From positions 3,107 through 39,284 of the forward strand of contig JALHNY010000004.1 of NCBI GenBank assembly GCA_022843285.1: DNA of 36,178 nucleotides. The letters run 5' to 3'. Shown here piece by piece: positions 34,202 through 36,178 of the stretch; the first letter of the stretch is position 1, and each line of letters begins with the position of its first letter. Below the pieces are notes generated by a model. The model did not search any database. It was given only the letters and a program-made list of their open reading frames with translations, and was not told the origin of the DNA. This DNA is from Minisyncoccota bacterium. GTDB lineage: Bacteria > Patescibacteriota > Minisyncoccia > UBA6257 > 2-01-FULL-56-20. A program made the translations under genes and the position numbers.

Positions 34202-35414
34202 GTGCCAGGCGGGCGGATTCCTCGCGCACGACCTCGCGATCGTCCCAGGGGCGCCTCAGGTCACCTATGACCTGGTACTGCTCGGCGCCCTTGCCGAGCA
34301 CCGCGACGATGTCCCCCCGCTCCGCGAGGCGGAGCGCGTGCGCGATCGCCTGGCGGCGATCCAGAATCTTGAAGAGCGTCTGCTCCCAGTGCTTGCTCGA
34401 GATGCCACCCACCAGCTGCGCCGCAATCTCCTCCGGGTCCTCGCCGTAGGGGTCATCGTTGGTGACCACCACCACGTCGCTCCACCGGTCTATGGACGCG
34501 CCCATTGCCGGGCGCACGTGCGGGTCACGCTCGCCGCAGGCTCCGTACACGGTGATGATCCGCCCGCGCTTCTTGAGCGGGGCGACCGCCGCGAAGAACG
34601 CCTCGAGAGACTCGGGCGAGTGCGCGTAGTCCACGATGACGGTCCCCTCGGTGTCCACGGGCACGCGCTCGAAGCGCCCCGGCACGGTGATGTCCCCCGA
34701 GAGGGCGCGCGAGGTCACGGACCACGGCACCTGCAGCTCGTCCGCGAGCGTGGCCGCGGCGTGCGCGTTCTTGAAGTTGTGCTCTCCCGGCAGCGTCAGG
34801 TCGAGCTCGGCGAGCTTGATTGCTATCTCGTCCCCATCCTGGAATATGCGCTCGCGCTTGGCGATGCCGCGCACCACCTCGCAGTTGGGGTCGTCCCCGT
34901 TGATGATGATTGCCTTCAGCAGCGGCGTGATGAGCTTCCGGTGCGTCTCCTGGTACTCCTGGGTCGTGGCGTGGTACTCGAGGTGGTCCGACGCGAGGTT
35001 CGTGATAATCGCGTACCTGAACTGCACGCCCGCGAACCTGTGCTGCGTGATCGCGTGCGAGCTCACCTCCACCACGGCGTACGTGCAGCCCGCCTTCACG
35101 GCGTCCGCGAAGAACTTCTGCACGATGCCCGGTGACGGCGAGGTCATCTTGAAGCGGTTCAGCGTCTCGTCATCGGCGATGCGAACGGCCGCGGTGGAGA
35201 GCAGCGCGACGCGGTGGCCCGCCTGGCGGAGCAGCTCCGCGGCGAGGTACGCCGTGGTGGTCTTCCCCTTGGTGCCCGCCACGGCGATAACCGTGAGCTT
35301 GCGGGCCGGGAAGCCGTTCTTCGCCGCAATGGCCCAGGCGCGGGGCGCGTGCCAGAGCGCGCGAATGACCGGCTCGGGGACGACGTTGCGGATGGTGCGC
35401 TTCAGGGAAGACAT
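34194..35414 (-). CDS. murE: UDP-N-acetylmuramoyl-tripeptide synthetase
   Basis: GTKGKTTT, EVSSHA, TNLASDHLEYH, PGRFE, VDYAHSP, GACGERD, DDPY (replacing DNPR), GKGAE. Confidence 0.92.
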   Translation of the reverse strand: MSSLKRTIRNVVPEPVIRALWHAPRAWAIAAKNGFPARKLTVIAVAGTKGKTTTAYLAAELLRQAGHRVALLSTAAVRIADDETLNRFKMTSPSPGIVQKFFADAVKAGCTYAVVEVSSHAITQHRFAGVQFRYAIITNLASDHLEYHATTQEYQETHRKLITPLLKAIIINGDDPNCEVVRGIAKRERIFQDGDEIAIKLAELDLTLPGEHNFKNAHAAATLADELQVPWSVTSRALSGDITVPGRFERVPVDTEGTVIVDYAHSPESLEAFFAAVAPLKKRGRIITVYGACGERDPHVRPAMGASIDRWSDVVVVTNDDPYGEDPEEIAAQLVGGISSKHWEQTLFKILDRRQAIAHALRLAERGDIVAVLGKGAEQYQVIGDLRRPWDDREVVREESARLARA

Positions 35415-35464
35415 GCCTTTTGCACGGACTAGTGTACCACCAGGAGAATGAAAACGCTCCCGAA

Positions 35465-36004
35465 TCAGGACTTTTTGTTCAGAGCAATGTACGCGTCCCG
35501 GCCAATAACGGATTCCATGTTCTCGAGACGATCTAGAAACACTTTTCCGTCCAAGTGGTCTACCTCGTGCTGAATGACGCGCGCGAGGAGCCCTTCCGCG
35601 TGGAGCGTGAACTCCTCCCCCTTCTCATCCCAAGCCTTGACCGTCACCTCAGACGGGCGCGGCACCCTCGCGAAGAGGCCTGCGCGTGCGACGCTGCCGC
35701 ACCCCTCGTACCCGAGCACAATTTCCTGGGAGCGATCCAAAATCTCTGGATTAATAAAAACTTTCAGTGAGTCTTCCTCATCCGACAGCTTCTCTCGGTA
35801 CACGGTCGTCCGAATCTCGCTCACGAAGACGCGCACGCCCTCACCAATCTGCGGCGCCGCCATGCCCACGAGATTGTCTGCGCGCATAGAATCGACCAGG
35901 TTACCCACCACGGCCAGAACCTCCGGCGCCACGGGATTAATAACAGGCTCGGCTTTCGCGCGAATAACCGGCTCCCCTATCTGGACTGTTGGGCGTACTG
36001 CCAT
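35465..36004 (-). CDS. def: Peptide deformylase
   Basis: [22 protein letters not shown]. Confidence 0.95.
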   Translation of the reverse strand: MAVRPTVQIGEPVIRAKAEPVINPVAPEVLAVVGNLVDSMRADNLVGMAAPQIGEGVRVFVSEIRTTVYREKLSDEEDSLKVFINPEILDRSQEIVLGYEGCGSVARAGLFARVPRPSEVTVKAWDEKGEEFTLHAEGLLARVIQHEVDHLDGKVFLDRLENMESVIGRDAYIALNKKS

Positions 36005-36060
36005 GCTGCCAGTTTACACCTCCCTGTGCGGAAGCACCCCACCAAGATAGACTGGTACCC

Positions 36061-36178
36061 ATGCAACCCAAGCGCGCCGTCGTCATCGGCGCAGGATTCG
36101 GAGGGCTCGCCACAGCCGCGCTGCTAGCCAAGCGCGGCTTCGACGTCACCGTCCTCGAGATGCACGACCAGCCTGGCG
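36061..36178 (+). CDS. N-terminus of an FAD-dependent oxidoreductase, phytoene desaturase (CrtI)-like; runs off the window (absent from the ORF track)
   Basis: Hand translation: [39 protein letters not shown]; TAGACT 7 nt before ATG. Confidence 0.7.
   Translation, partial: MQPKRAVVIGAGFGGLATAALLAKRGFDVTVLEMHDQPG

Noticed and set aside
35465-36004. EGCGS instead of EGCLS in peptide deformylase as a sign of inactivation
   Set aside because: The metal-binding Cys and HExxH are intact; likely an ordinary variant.
1-36178. Alternative genetic code (TGA=Gly, code 25)
   Set aside because: valS, mraY, scpB, dnaX, murF and def end at TGA at expected lengths, with coupled downstream starts in several cases.

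Overview
Chromosomal segment of a high-GC bacterium that looks like a Patescibacteria/CPR (Parcubacteria-like) lineage. The assignment is inferred from the shortened ValRS, RpoA, DnaX, L13 and Obg, the CPR-type MurF, and the FtsA-like plus baseplate-J-like gene pair. Genetic code 11 (TGA is used as stop). Housekeeping content: valS-prsW-hsp20-rpmB-tRNA-Pro; a stand-alone infA-rpmJ-rpsM-rpsK-rpsD-rpoA-rplQ-rplM-rpsI operon; a 7-gene envelope/segregation operon (L,D-transpeptidase fusion, scpA, scpB, DD-carboxypeptidase, mraY, FtsA-like, baseplate-J-like); dnaX, obg, lexA, murE, murF, def; and the start of a CrtI-like FAD oxidoreductase. Orphan genes are interspersed. An AT-richer island (~27.65-31.76 kb) lies downstream of tRNA-Gln and carries HEPN, HNH-like, Zn-finger, Ham1 and kinase genes. 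The most notable signals are: (1) a -10 hexamer 6-8 nt before the start codon of 16 genes, implying largely leaderless expression in a cell whose RpoA lacks its CTD; (2) three unannotated structured-RNA candidates; (3) a repeated CGTCC(N)GACTGC motif at gene junctions of the integrase-free island; (4) a candidate LexA operator; (5) a shared leader motif on two SD-led orphan genes. All family calls are by motif recognition; no searches were run.
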